The notes: a model not told the origin generated them from the letters alone. Shown: positions 8,313 through 18,525, counted from the first letter of the stretch. The stretch is DNA of 64,000 bases from Acidobacteriota bacterium (GCA_965263035.1 OZ253580.1:3520001-3584000), one strand, 5' to 3'. Numbers and translations are program-made.

Positions 8313-9578
8313 ATGCCCAACGCGGAGATCGTCGCCATCGGTTCTGAACTGCTCCTGGGGCAGATCGTCGATACCAACTCGGCTTGGATGGCCGATCGAC
8401 TGATGGGGCTGGGAGTCGATCTCTACTACAAGACCGTGGTGGGAGACAATCCGGGCCGGATGGAGGAGGTCATCGGGCGGGCCCTGGATCGGTCCGACAT
8501 CGTGATCACCGGCGGAGGTCTGGGGCCCACCCGGGACGACCTGACCCGGGAAGTAATCGCCCGGGTGACGGGACGGCCGCTGGTTCGGGACCCGGATCTG
8601 TTGCAGGAGATCCACACCCGGTTCCGCAGCCGGGGCCTGATCCTGACGGCCAACAACGAGCGTCAGGCCGACATCCCCCAGGGAGCCGTGCCGATCCACA
8701 ACCCCAACGGCACCGCCCCCGCCTTTCTGGTGGAGGACCCGCGAGGCGTCGTCATCGCTCTGCCGGGGGTTCCCCATGAACTCAAATGGCTCTTCGACCA
8801 TGAGGTCTCCCCCCGCCTGAGAGAACGCTTTCGGCTGGACCACATCATCGTCTATCGCGTCCTCAAGGTCTCTTCCATGGGGGAGAGCCACGTGGATCAC
8901 CTGATCGGTCACCTGATCACCGAATCCACCAATCCCACCGTGGGCGTCCTGGCCCATCCTGGCCAAGTGGACGTGAGAATCGCCGCCAAGGCCCCCGACC
9001 GGGCGGCGGCCTACCGGCTGATCGCCCCGGTGGAGGAGCAGGTCCGCAACCTTCTGGGGCGCCATGTCTTCGCCGCCGACCGGGAGTCCATGGAGGACTC
9101 GGTGGGAGAGCTGTTGAGGCGGGCCGGCCTGCGAATCGCCGTCTACGAGGATATTACCGGAGGAATGGTGGCGGAGAGATTTCAGCTGGCCGATCCGGAC
9201 CGGCTGGTCGAAGGGATCATTGCCGGCGGTCCCGATTCCGCCCGGCGGCTCCTGGAGGCGGTGGGCGCCGGCGCCTCGGTGTCGGACCCGAAGCTTTGGA
9301 CGCAAGAGCTGGCTCGAGCCCTGAGGACTGTTTGCCGCGCCGACCTGGGTTTGGCGGTCCATGGGATTCCGGACCCGGAAGATCAAAGCCGGAACTTGGC
9401 GAAGGGTGAATCCTTTTTCTGCGTCACCGACGGCCGGACCATGGAGACTCGCAGTTTCGGAATGGCCGGCCGCGGCCGGCCGGACCGGACCCGCATGAGC
9501 CTTTACGCCCTGGACCTGGTGCGGATGACCCTCCTGGAGAAGACAAAAAAGGAGGAAAGAGGAAAAAGGAAAAAGTGA
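8313..9578 (+). CDS. cinA: CinA family protein (MoCF-like domain plus PncC-like domain)
   Basis: AEIVAIGSELLLGQIVDTN, GGLGPTRDDLT, NPNGTAP, LPGVPHE; RBS AAGGAG before ATG 8313. Confidence 0.9.
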   Translation: MPNAEIVAIGSELLLGQIVDTNSAWMADRLMGLGVDLYYKTVVGDNPGRMEEVIGRALDRSDIVITGGGLGPTRDDLTREVIARVTGRPLVRDPDLLQEIHTRFRSRGLILTANNERQADIPQGAVPIHNPNGTAPAFLVEDPRGVVIALPGVPHELKWLFDHEVSPRLRERFRLDHIIVYRVLKVSSMGESHVDHLIGHLITESTNPTVGVLAHPGQVDVRIAAKAPDRAAAYRLIAPVEEQVRNLLGRHVFAADRESMEDSVGELLRRAGLRIAVYEDITGGMVAERFQLADPDRLVEGIIAGGPDSARRLLEAVGAGASVSDPKLWTQELARALRTVCRADLGLAVHGIPDPEDQSRNLAKGESFFCVTDGRTMETRSFGMAGRGRPDRTRMSLYALDLVRMTLLEKTKKEERGKRKK

Positions 9579-9587
9579 AGGCGAGAG

Positions 9588-10892
9588 TCAGCTCTCGAAC
9601 CAGTCCACCGGGATGATGGACAGCTTCACATCGCAGAAGAAAAAGGTGGGGTGCCCCTGGTACCACTCGTAGTAGAGGAGGTAGACGTTTTCGCCAAAGA
9701 TCCGCGCCGCGTGGTAGGCCCAGCAGCGTCCCTCCACTTCCTCGATCGTCTTGGCGTACTGGAAGCTGGCCCCCTCGTCCTCGCTGACGGCGAAGGCCAG
9801 GGGCCGGCGTTCGGTCCATTTCGCTTCGGCTCCCTTGGGATTGTTGTTGTAGAGCATCGCCAGGCGCCCTGAGGGCAGCCGCAGGGAGGTCTGGGGCGAG
9901 GTGGGAGCGACGATCTCTCGAATCGGCTCAGGTTGGCTCCAGGTCACTCCCGAATCGTTCGAGAAACACTTGTAGGGATGGTTGAGCTTGGTCCGGTTCA
10001 CCATCAGGATCCGGCCGTCCGTCAGCTCCACCAGTCCCGGTTCCTGCAGGGTGATCTGCCAGTACTCGCGGCCGGGATGGTCTTCGGGCCGCAGCGTGCA
10101 GGACTCTCCGCGGGTCCAGCTCTTTCCCCCGTCGTCCGAGTAGTGCACCAGGGCCGACTGCTTCTCCCAGCCCAGTTCCTTCCCCGGGTCCAGGGCGACG
10201 GCCGAGGGGACCAGGATCCGGCCGCTCGAGAGCTGCAGGACCCGGGCGTTGTTGGTCACGTAATAGTGGTCCCGGTCCGAGACCCGAACCGGCCTCGAGA
10301 AGTTGACGCCGTCCCGGGAAACCCGGGTGTGGATGCTGCTGCGGATCTTCCGGTGGAATGCCTTGTTCTCCGGTTCCGTCTCCTCTTTGCCCATATAGAA
10401 CAGTTGGATCTCTCCGGAGCCGGAGAGGCGCAAAAGGCTGGCGCTCATGAGGTTCGAGTTGGCCGTGTGCTCCGGCTCGGACAGGGAGGCCACCGGATGA
10501 ATCGGTCCCCAACTGTGTCCCGAATCGTCCGAATAGCGGCCCACGATCTCGGACTCGGCATGGTCGCTGGCGCCCGAGAAACGGGACCAGACGGCCAGCA
10601 GGCGTCCGTCGGGGAGTTGGACCAGATCCCCTTCCGAGTGACGCGGGAAGATCTCGTTGGACCGGCCCAGAATGAGTTCCATACCGGGGGCGCCGGACTC
10701 CCGTTCCCGCACCCGGATTCGGTCGGAACCGGACTCTCCCGGGCCTCCTCCCCGGGTGCAGGAGAGCAGCGGAGAGAGAGCGGCAATCGCGGCTCCTCCG
10801 CCCAGGTTCGCCAGCGCCCGGCGCCGGGAGAGTTTCACCGGGGACAGAGGAGCGGTCGTCCGAGTCGCCTGCGGCCGGCCGGAAGGGCCCAT
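9588..10892 (-). CDS. Sialidase/BNR-repeat beta-propeller, Tat lipoprotein-like
   Basis: Asp-boxes SDDSGHSW, SDDGGKSW, SNDSGVTW, SEDEGASF; N-terminal SRRRALANL...LLSC; ATG overlaps the upstream stop (TGATG). Confidence 0.85.
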   Translation of the reverse strand: MGPSGRPQATRTTAPLSPVKLSRRRALANLGGGAAIAALSPLLSCTRGGGPGESGSDRIRVRERESGAPGMELILGRSNEIFPRHSEGDLVQLPDGRLLAVWSRFSGASDHAESEIVGRYSDDSGHSWGPIHPVASLSEPEHTANSNLMSASLLRLSGSGEIQLFYMGKEETEPENKAFHRKIRSSIHTRVSRDGVNFSRPVRVSDRDHYYVTNNARVLQLSSGRILVPSAVALDPGKELGWEKQSALVHYSDDGGKSWTRGESCTLRPEDHPGREYWQITLQEPGLVELTDGRILMVNRTKLNHPYKCFSNDSGVTWSQPEPIREIVAPTSPQTSLRLPSGRLAMLYNNNPKGAEAKWTERRPLAFAVSEDEGASFQYAKTIEEVEGRCWAYHAARIFGENVYLLYYEWYQGHPTFFFCDVKLSIIPVDWFES

Positions 10893-13800
10893 CAGCGGGA
10901 GCCTCGTTCGCTCGAGAGCGTCCGGTAGTATTCCTCGACGCGCTCGCGGAAAACGGGTGGAACCTCCTCTTCCTGGAACAGCCATACGAGATTCTCCTCT
11001 TCCCGATCCAGGGCCCGGCTGATCTCCAGTTCCAGCTGCTGGAAGCCATGGACGATTTTGGACTTGAGCCGTGCGATCTCCTCCGGATCGGAGAAGATCC
11101 GTTCCAGGGCCAACTCGCGCATCTCCCGGGACAGGGCCGCCGCATCCCTCCCCAGGGAGTGCTCCCCCCGGAGCAGGCGGGAGATGGATTCGGCATCCTG
11201 GAGCCGCTCCTGCCATTCTCGTCTCAACTGGCGCGGGTCGATGCCGGAGAGGTTGGCGCGGCTTCCGGCCTGCCGCGAGTCCCCCGGTTGACCCTGGGGC
11301 CGGGACCCTCGATCTCCTTCACCCTGGGATCCTTCGTTGCCGGTCATCTCCCCGGAGCCCTCCCCGGAACCCTCCTCTCCCTCGGAACCCTCCTTCCCGT
11401 CCGCTCCGCCCTGGGAGAGGCGGCGGCGCAACGACTCGAGTCCCTCCACCAGCTCGGCGACCTCTTCGCCGGCCTGCTTCAGACCCTCCTCGGCTCCGGG
11501 CGGCCCCTTCTGTCCCAGGGCCTGTGCCGCCTCGTCGATGTTCTCCACCAGTTCCTGCAGCCCCTGGGTCACCCCGTCCTCGCGGTCCTGAGCCAGGTCG
11601 ACCCAGCCTCGGGACAGCAACTCGGAGCCCTCCTGCATCTTTTCCGAAAGGCGGTCGTCCCGGATCTTGTTCCCAGCCTGTTTCAACCGGCGGGACGCCT
11701 GGGGTTCCTGCGCTGCCGTCCGCTTCGCGGTCTGGTGCAGCTCCCCCTCCACCCGGGAGAGTTCCTGCTGGAGCTCACCTTTCTCACGGAGCAGGTTGCG
11801 GATCTGACGAATGGTCTCCCGATCCACCTTTCCTTGTTTCAGCCGTTCTCCGACCCCGTCCATCTCGTCGAGCGTCCGTTCCTGCCGGTGCAGCATTCGC
11901 CGTGAGTCCTGGGACAGCTGCCGGATTCGTTCCGAGATCTGCTCCTGCCGGGTCTTCTCCAGAGCCTCCTGGGCTTCCTTCAATCGCTGCAGGGCGCGTT
12001 CGGCAAGCATGCGCTGCCGTTCCCCCATCTGGCCGTTTCCGCCCTGCCCCAGGTCGCGAGCCGCCTCCCGCAGCCGGTTGCTGACCTGAGAGAGCTCCCG
12101 CTGTTGCTCCTGCCTGGAGAGCCGTTCCAACTGGCGGGTCAGACGCTGGATCTCCTCCCGGAGCTGCTGGGCGGTGAGCCGGTCGGCGCCGGACCCGCGG
12201 CCGGCCATGCGCCGCGACCGCTCCACCGCCTGTTCCTGGCGCCGCGCCAGTTCCTTCAACTTCTCCAGGGCCTCGTCCAACTGCTGTTCCTGACGGAACT
12301 GCTGGTTCTGGCGAATGGTCTCGTACTGGTTCTTGGTCCGGTCCAGCTCCAGGTCCACCAGATCGGCCAGTTCTTCCGAAGCGGCGCCTCCGGCTCCCTG
12401 GGACTCGCCGAAGGAGACCTGGATCTCCTTGAACAGGGATTCGGCGCTGAGCAATTGGCGGAACGCCTTCTGTTCGTGGGGCAGGGCCTGTTCCGGTTCC
12501 ACCTGGTTGAGCCGGTCGTGGGCCGGCTCCATGTGGGTCATGGCCTCGCTCAGCCGTTCCCTCATCTTGCGGAATCGCTCGTCGGACGCGGCCGCCTGGC
12601 GGCGCTCGAGCCGGTCGGCGATCACCTGGACCTCTTCCCGGAGTCTCTGCTGCACCAGGGCCGCGGTCTGGCTCTGTTCCTTGAACTCCTCGGCCGGCGT
12701 CGAGGTCCGGTCCTTCTGCAGCTTGAAGGTGGCGATGATGATCTGCTTCTGGCGCTTGGAGAGCTCCAGCTCCTGGGAGCCTCCTCCGGGAAGGCCGATA
12801 CCGCCGGTCTGGGACTGGTAGTACTCCCGGTCGTACGGCTGGACCTCCAGGAAGAAGATGTCCGTATCCGAATGGGAGACGGCGTCCGAGGCCCGGGCGT
12901 GGTAGGAGACGAAATCTCCGGGCACCAGGTCGTGCTCTTCCAGGAAGAAGGTGTGGCCGACGGTGAAGGAGCCGGCGCCGGCAACGGGCGTCAGCTCGAT
13001 CGCCTGTTCCGCCTCGCCGTTGACCGAGTAGCGGAGGGACAGGCTCCGGATCCCGTGATCGTCGCCGGCCTGGAGCTCCATGAAGACCTCTTCGATGTTG
13101 CTCACCCGCCGGTCCCGTCCGGGCTGCTTGAATACGATCCGTGGGGGCTGGTCTTCCACCGCCAGGATTACGTACTCGTTGGTCCCGGGGTTCCACACCT
13201 CCTCCTGATTCTGGAGGTGGATGCGGTAGTAGTCGCTGCGGCGGATCTTGATGGACCCCCGGTATCCGCCGGCACCGTCCTCCTCCAGCCCGATGGAGCC
13301 GCCCTCCTCCAGCTTCAGGAGCGCTCCCCGGATCGGCTGGTCGCTCTCGATGCGAAAGTGGGCGGTGGTCCCCACCAGGGCCTCGATGTCTCCCTCGTCC
13401 TTCTGCACGGCCGGGTCGAGACGGGTGTAGCGGGGAAAGACCAGGCGGAGCTCGAGGGCACTGACCCGGGGAATCTCCGAGACCTGAAGCGAGTAGGTCT
13501 CGGACCGGATCCCGTCCGCCTCCACGTAGTAGTCCGTGGGATCGCGGACGTCGAAGAAGAGGAAGACGAACCCTCCCGACTCCGGGTCGGGCCGCATCCG
13601 GACCTCCTCCCAAGAGGGATCTTCCCCATACCGGACGAGAAGACTCACCCGCCGGCTTTCGAAACCCGCCAGCACGGCCCGGACCTCCACGTCCGCGTGC
13701 TTGGCGACGGTGGTGCTGCCGGGTGTGACCTGAATCGAGTAGAGGGGGAGCGTGCCGTCGGCGTACCAGCTCCAAAAGAGGCGGTCCAGACTGTAGCGAT

Positions 13801-14293
13801 AGGCTTCAGGTCCTCCGAAGAAGAGGTAGGCGAACAGGAACACCGAGACTGTCCCCGTCAGCAGGGAGAGGAGGCTGCCTCGGGGGTCGTAGAAGCGGGG
13901 CAGCGGGACGTGGATCAGCTTCCGCCTCACGTCCCGTTCCAACAGGCGCCTCAGTTCGGGGTCGGCCGGAGCCTGCCCCTCCCGGATCTCCACGACGGTG
14001 GAGAGACCCTGCTCCAACTGAGGATTCCGTTCCTCCAGAAAGCGAGCCAGACGGCCGGGGGAATAGCGGCGCCGCAGCAACGGGGCCAGCAGCCCGCCTG
14101 CCAGCAGGAGGACCAGGAGCAATCCACCCAGCAGCCGGGTCCAGAACAGGGCCGGCTCGGAGAAGTTGTGTCGTGCCAGGACGTAGCTCAAGAGGACCGA
14201 AACCAGGATGGTGGCCAGGAGCACGACGGCGAGGCCTCTGAGCAGCCGCTCTCCCAGGAGCTTCCGCCTCACCGTTGCGATGATTTCCAGCAT
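10892..14293 (-). CDS. Large membrane-anchored coiled-coil protein (DUF4175-like)
   Basis: Three N-terminal TM helices, Ig-like domains (DQPPRIVFKQPGRD, AGDDHGI), long Q/E/R-rich helical region, C-terminal VPPVFRERVEEYYRTL. Alternative GTG start at 14329. Confidence 0.78.
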   Translation of the reverse strand: MLEIIATVRRKLLGERLLRGLAVVLLATILVSVLLSYVLARHNFSEPALFWTRLLGGLLLVLLLAGGLLAPLLRRRYSPGRLARFLEERNPQLEQGLSTVVEIREGQAPADPELRRLLERDVRRKLIHVPLPRFYDPRGSLLSLLTGTVSVFLFAYLFFGGPEAYRYSLDRLFWSWYADGTLPLYSIQVTPGSTTVAKHADVEVRAVLAGFESRRVSLLVRYGEDPSWEEVRMRPDPESGGFVFLFFDVRDPTDYYVEADGIRSETYSLQVSEIPRVSALELRLVFPRYTRLDPAVQKDEGDIEALVGTTAHFRIESDQPIRGALLKLEEGGSIGLEEDGAGGYRGSIKIRRSDYYRIHLQNQEEVWNPGTNEYVILAVEDQPPRIVFKQPGRDRRVSNIEEVFMELQAGDDHGIRSLSLRYSVNGEAEQAIELTPVAGAGSFTVGHTFFLEEHDLVPGDFVSYHARASDAVSHSDTDIFFLEVQPYDREYYQSQTGGIGLPGGGSQELELSKRQKQIIIATFKLQKDRTSTPAEEFKEQSQTAALVQQRLREEVQVIADRLERRQAAASDERFRKMRERLSEAMTHMEPAHDRLNQVEPEQALPHEQKAFRQLLSAESLFKEIQVSFGESQGAGGAASEELADLVDLELDRTKNQYETIRQNQQFRQEQQLDEALEKLKELARRQEQAVERSRRMAGRGSGADRLTAQQLREEIQRLTRQLERLSRQEQQRELSQVSNRLREAARDLGQGGNGQMGERQRMLAERALQRLKEAQEALEKTRQEQISERIRQLSQDSRRMLHRQERTLDEMDGVGERLKQGKVDRETIRQIRNLLREKGELQQELSRVEGELHQTAKRTAAQEPQASRRLKQAGNKIRDDRLSEKMQEGSELLSRGWVDLAQDREDGVTQGLQELVENIDEAAQALGQKGPPGAEEGLKQAGEEVAELVEGLESLRRRLSQGGADGKEGSEGEEGSGEGSGEMTGNEGSQGEGDRGSRPQGQPGDSRQAGSRANLSGIDPRQLRREWQERLQDAESISRLLRGEHSLGRDAAALSREMRELALERIFSDPEEIARLKSKIVHGFQQLELEISRALDREEENLVWLFQEEEVPPVFRERVEEYYRTLSSERGSR

Positions 14294-14325
14294 GATTGGA
14301 CTCGGGCCCGCCCTGGGCACGGCCT

Positions 14326-16353
14326 TCACCGCGGCCCGGTACGGCCGGCAACCACCGACTCGGCCGCCAGCACCACGACGGCGGCCAGCAGGAACAGCCA
14401 CCAGAGAGGCTCTCTCGCCTCTGCCGCAGAGGCGTCGAGGGAAACGCCAGCGCCGGCGGCCTGAGTCCCGGCCTGGAATCGGTCCAGCAGCGTGGCCACG
14501 GGAAGAGGCTGGATATCGGACTCGCTCGGATCGGGGTTGACCGCCACCCAGTCCGTCTTCTTATCCTTTCTTATTTCATAGTGGCCCGGGAACTGCAAAT
14601 CTATGGCAGCCGGCGCGGACTGGTCCAGATCCACCACTCTCCGGCCTCTGGGATCCAGCACGTTCCATCGTGCGCTATTGCCGGTTCCGGCCCCCGGCGG
14701 TTCCTCCTGGAACGCCAACGACTGGTCGACGCGAAGGGCCGCTTCCGGTTGCCGGACCCCGCCCATGTGCCGGACCAGACTCTGCCAGAAGGGCAGAAAC
14801 GCCGGACGCAGCGGAAAATCGGACCAGACGCGGTCCAAGGGAAAGGCCAGGACCAGGACTCTTCCGGCGCCGGCTTGTCCTTCCACCAGCGCCGGATCAC
14901 CTTCGTCGAAACGTCCGAGCACGCGGGAACCCTCCCTTGGCTCGAGTCTCCAATGTCCATAGAAACGGACGGATGCCAGGGCGGTCCGCTGGAGGTCCTG
15001 GAAGATGGCGAAGGCGGGATGGCTCCAGTCCATCTCGGTGATGGAAGTGAAAGACCGGCCGCGGCCCCGGAGGAATCGGGGTTCGGCCAACCGGGCAGGG
15101 AAGATCCCGGTGCGATTGTACGCTCTGCCGTCGACCCGCTTGCCCGGGGCCAGGATGAGACCTCCTCCCGCCTCCAGGTAGCGGCTCAGCCGGTCGGAGC
15201 GGGGAGGCGTCTTCAGGTCGTCCAGAATGACGGCGGGGACCAGTTCCGGATCCAGTTGCCCGGTTTCGCGCGAGTCCGCGAATTCGGTCACGAAGGGCAG
15301 GTTGCGGCCTGCCTTCAGGGCATTCCTCAGATAGATGGAGCCGGCCCCCTGATCCGAGTAGACCCGGATTCGCCCGGGGGAGGTCCTCTCCACTACGAAA
15401 TGGAAGACGTTGTCCGCTTCCATGGCATCCGCGACGGCCAGCACCAGTCTTCCGCGAAAGATGCCCTCCTTGAGCTCGAAGGGGCGGAGAGTGACGGGCG
15501 CCGACCCCTCCTGGTCCAGCTCGAAGGTCTGGCGATCTAGCATCTGGCCTTCGACGAAGAGTTGAAGCTCTCCGCGGGCCGGCCCCGGAGGCGCCGAGCG
15601 AAGCTGAACCCGGACCGGCTGGGGATACCGCTCGGAGAAGACGAGCCGTTGCAGGTCCGCCTCCTGGATGAAGACGTTGGTGGAGGGTTCTCCCACGTCC
15701 TCCACCTCCAGATGCACGTCCCCATCCAGCACCCACTCCCGGTCCGAGGGCATGGCCGTCTGCTGAAGATCGGTGATCAGGTAGATCTCCCGGCGTCCCG
15801 TCACCTCCTGATCGAACTGTTGGGCCGCCGCACGCAGACCCTCCAGATACGAGGTGCTCTCGAAGGAGGGCTCCGCCCGGCTCTCCAGGATCTGGAGCAG
15901 CCTTCCGCTGCGGGATTCCCATGCCGAAAGGACGTTCGGCTTGGACGCGAACAAGATCAGGCAGGCTTGGTCCGTCCCCTGCATCGAACGGAACTTGACG
16001 CGGGCCTTCTCCAGGGCCCGCTCCCAGACTCCGGGCCGGGCCATGCTCATGGAGTTGTCCAACAGCACGACCAGAGACCGGGAGACCTGGCCGCTGACGG
16101 CTCCGAACCACGCCAGATGGGTCACGGGCGAGGCGAAGGCCGCCACCAGCAGGAGCAGGCCGAGGCAGCGTAGAAAGAGGAGCAGGAGATAGCGCAGCTT
16201 TCGGCGCCGGTATTCCTGGATGGGAACCCGGCGCAGAAACATGAGCGAAGGAAAGAGCATGCGGTTTCTCTGGTCCCGGCGGACCAGATGAAGCAGGATG
16301 GGGCCGGCTATCGCCAGAGCGCCGAGCCAGAACAGGGGGGTCAGAAACTGCAT
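14326..16353 (-). CDS. BatA-like N-terminal TM plus VWA domain protein
   Basis: FWLGALAIAGPILLHL..FPSLMFL (BatA N-terminus), MIDAS LDNSMSM, GATase-like middle region, C-terminal TM PLWWLFLLAAVVVLAAE. Confidence 0.87.
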   Translation of the reverse strand: MQFLTPLFWLGALAIAGPILLHLVRRDQRNRMLFPSLMFLRRVPIQEYRRRKLRYLLLLFLRCLGLLLLVAAFASPVTHLAWFGAVSGQVSRSLVVLLDNSMSMARPGVWERALEKARVKFRSMQGTDQACLILFASKPNVLSAWESRSGRLLQILESRAEPSFESTSYLEGLRAAAQQFDQEVTGRREIYLITDLQQTAMPSDREWVLDGDVHLEVEDVGEPSTNVFIQEADLQRLVFSERYPQPVRVQLRSAPPGPARGELQLFVEGQMLDRQTFELDQEGSAPVTLRPFELKEGIFRGRLVLAVADAMEADNVFHFVVERTSPGRIRVYSDQGAGSIYLRNALKAGRNLPFVTEFADSRETGQLDPELVPAVILDDLKTPPRSDRLSRYLEAGGGLILAPGKRVDGRAYNRTGIFPARLAEPRFLRGRGRSFTSITEMDWSHPAFAIFQDLQRTALASVRFYGHWRLEPREGSRVLGRFDEGDPALVEGQAGAGRVLVLAFPLDRVWSDFPLRPAFLPFWQSLVRHMGGVRQPEAALRVDQSLAFQEEPPGAGTGNSARWNVLDPRGRRVVDLDQSAPAAIDLQFPGHYEIRKDKKTDWVAVNPDPSESDIQPLPVATLLDRFQAGTQAAGAGVSLDASAAEAREPLWWLFLLAAVVVLAAESVVAGRTGPR

Positions 16354-16560
16354 GGCTCTCCTGGTTCAGCAGCTTCCCCGCCGGCCCGCCGCAAATGGGC
16401 GATATTTTTACTATCCATGGCAAATAATCGGTCTTGATTTACTATCAATAGAAAAATTGTCCCCGCGGAGTCACTTCACGTCTGACGCTGCCGCGCGTCG
16501 GCTGGTGAGGGAGCTTTCCTCATTTCCTCATGTTTCTCAGCAGTAAGAGTTTCACCTCAG

Positions 16561-17448
16561 TCAGTATTTCCTCCGGCGAGCGACCAGGTAGGAGCGCAGC
16601 GCCCGATCCAGCGGCTCCCTGGTATTCAGCAACTGGTAGTCGATGAAGATGTCGCGGCACTCCCGCCGAAGCTCCCGGATGTGGTTCTCCAGCAGGTCCA
16701 GGTACGCCCGCCGCGAGTCTCCGGGAACGTAGGGGAGGCGTTCGCCCGTCTCCAGGTCTTCCAGGGTTCTCACGGCCTCCAGCGGAAGCTCCAGTTCGAC
16801 CGGGTCCATAACGTGGAAAAGGACTACGTCGTTGCCCCGGTGGTGCAGGTAGTGGAGCGCCCGTGAAAGGGAGGCGACGTCCTGATAGAAGTCGCTGATC
16901 AGTACCACCATGCTCCGTTTTCGGATGAAGCGGGCGACTTGGCCCAGCGATTCGGTGATCTGGCTTTGCCCACCCGGTTGGAGCCGCTCCAAGAGGTGGA
17001 GAATGGACAGGAAATGCCGGTACTGGGCTCGTGGCGGCACCGCCTCCAGGACCTCCGAATCGAAGACGGCCAACCCGGTGGCGTCGTTCTGGCGAACGGC
17101 AAGATAGGCCAGCGAAGCCGCCAGGAAACGGGCGTAGTCCAGCTTCGACAGTCCAGCGCCGGCGAACGACATGCTTCGGCTGCTGTCCAGAATGATGTGC
17201 AGCTGAGTGTTGGTGTCTCCTTCGTACTTTTTCACGTAGAAGCGGTCGGTCCTCCCGTAGACCTTCCAGTCCACGGTCCGGATGTCGTCACCCGGCGCAT
17301 ACTGCCGGTATTCGGCGAAATCGAGACTGAACCCGTGGTAAGGAGAGCGGTGCATCCCCAGGATGAACCCTTCCACCACGGTCTTGGCCACGAGCTGCAG
17401 ATTGCCCAGTTTGGCCAGCAGGGTCGGATCGATGAATCTGGCTTGCAT
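16561..17448 (-). CDS. DUF58 (VWA-like) protein
   Basis: HRSPYHGFSLDFAEYRQYAPGDDIRTVDWKVYGR, LDSSRSM, VLISDF. Confidence 0.93.
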   Translation of the reverse strand: MQARFIDPTLLAKLGNLQLVAKTVVEGFILGMHRSPYHGFSLDFAEYRQYAPGDDIRTVDWKVYGRTDRFYVKKYEGDTNTQLHIILDSSRSMSFAGAGLSKLDYARFLAASLAYLAVRQNDATGLAVFDSEVLEAVPPRAQYRHFLSILHLLERLQPGGQSQITESLGQVARFIRKRSMVVLISDFYQDVASLSRALHYLHHRGNDVVLFHVMDPVELELPLEAVRTLEDLETGERLPYVPGDSRRAYLDLLENHIRELRRECRDIFIDYQLLNTREPLDRALRSYLVARRRKY

Positions 17449-17475
17449 CGTTTCCAGGTTGAATTCCTCAGCGGG

Positions 17476-18501
17476 TCATAGTCCGGAGCCGGGGGGAGGA
17501 ACCCCCTCCAGGAGGCGCTGGACGATCTGGTCGGGGGTCACGTTCTCCGACTCGGCATGGAAGTTGATCAGGATCCGGTGGCGGAAGACCGAGAGGGCCA
17601 ACTTCCGGACGTCCTCGTAGGTGACGTGATAGCGGCCCTTCATCAGGGCTCGGGCCCTCCCTCCCAGAATCAGATACTGGGAAGCTCGGAGACTGGCGCC
17701 GTAGCTGACCCAGTTGCGGACGAAGTCGGGGGCCAGCTCGTCCCCGGGACGAGTGCTGCGGACCAGGCGGACCGCGTGGCGGATGACCGACTCCGAGGCC
17801 GGAACCTTGCGCACCAGCCGCTGGAAGCGAAGGATCTCATCCCCGGTGACGGCCTGCCGGATCTCCTCCTCTCCCTCCCCAGTAGTCTGGAGAACCACCT
17901 GGATCTCTTCTTCCTCATTCAGATAGCCGATGTGGATGTTGAACATGAAGCGGTCCAGCTGGGCCTCCGGAAGCGGGTACGTCCCCTCCAGCTCGATGGG
18001 GTTCTGGGTGGCCAGCACGAAGAATGGCAGGTCCAGTTCGTGCGTGATGCCCCGGATCGTGACCCTTCGTTCCTGCATGGCTTCCAACAGGGCCGCCTGG
18101 GTCTTGGGAGGCGTCCGGTTGATCTCGTCGGCCAGCAGAATGTTGGTGAAGACCGGGCCCGGCACGAACTCCAGCACCCGCTTCCCGGTGGCGCGATCCT
18201 CCTCGATGATCTCGGTGCCGGTGATGTCCGAAGGCATCAGATCGGGCGTGAATTGGATGCGGCTGAAGGAGAGGCCCAGGGTGTTGGCGATGCTGCGAAC
18301 CAGCAGGGTCTTGGCCAGGCCGGGCAGGCCGGTGATGAGGGAATGTCCTCCCACGTAGAGAGAGATGAGCACCTCTTCGATCACCTTCTCCTGTCCCACG
18401 ATGGCCTTGCGCAGCTCCGTCAGGATGCGGGCCTGCGAGTTCCGCATGGAATCGATCAGCTCGGCGGTGGAATCCTCCGATGGGCGGTCCTTTTCGTTCA
18501 T
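17476..18501 (-). CDS. moxR: MoxR family AAA+ ATPase
   Basis: GLPGLAKT, RIQFTPDLMPSDITG, LLADEINRTPPKTQAALLEAMQE, ATQNPIELEGTYPLPEAQLDRF. Confidence 0.96.
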   Translation of the reverse strand: MNEKDRPSEDSTAELIDSMRNSQARILTELRKAIVGQEKVIEEVLISLYVGGHSLITGLPGLAKTLLVRSIANTLGLSFSRIQFTPDLMPSDITGTEIIEEDRATGKRVLEFVPGPVFTNILLADEINRTPPKTQAALLEAMQERRVTIRGITHELDLPFFVLATQNPIELEGTYPLPEAQLDRFMFNIHIGYLNEEEEIQVVLQTTGEGEEEIRQAVTGDEILRFQRLVRKVPASESVIRHAVRLVRSTRPGDELAPDFVRNWVSYGASLRASQYLILGGRARALMKGRYHVTYEDVRKLALSVFRHRILINFHAESENVTPDQIVQRLLEGVPPPGSGL

Positions 18502-18525
18502 TGTCGGTCCTCTGCCGTCCCGCGC

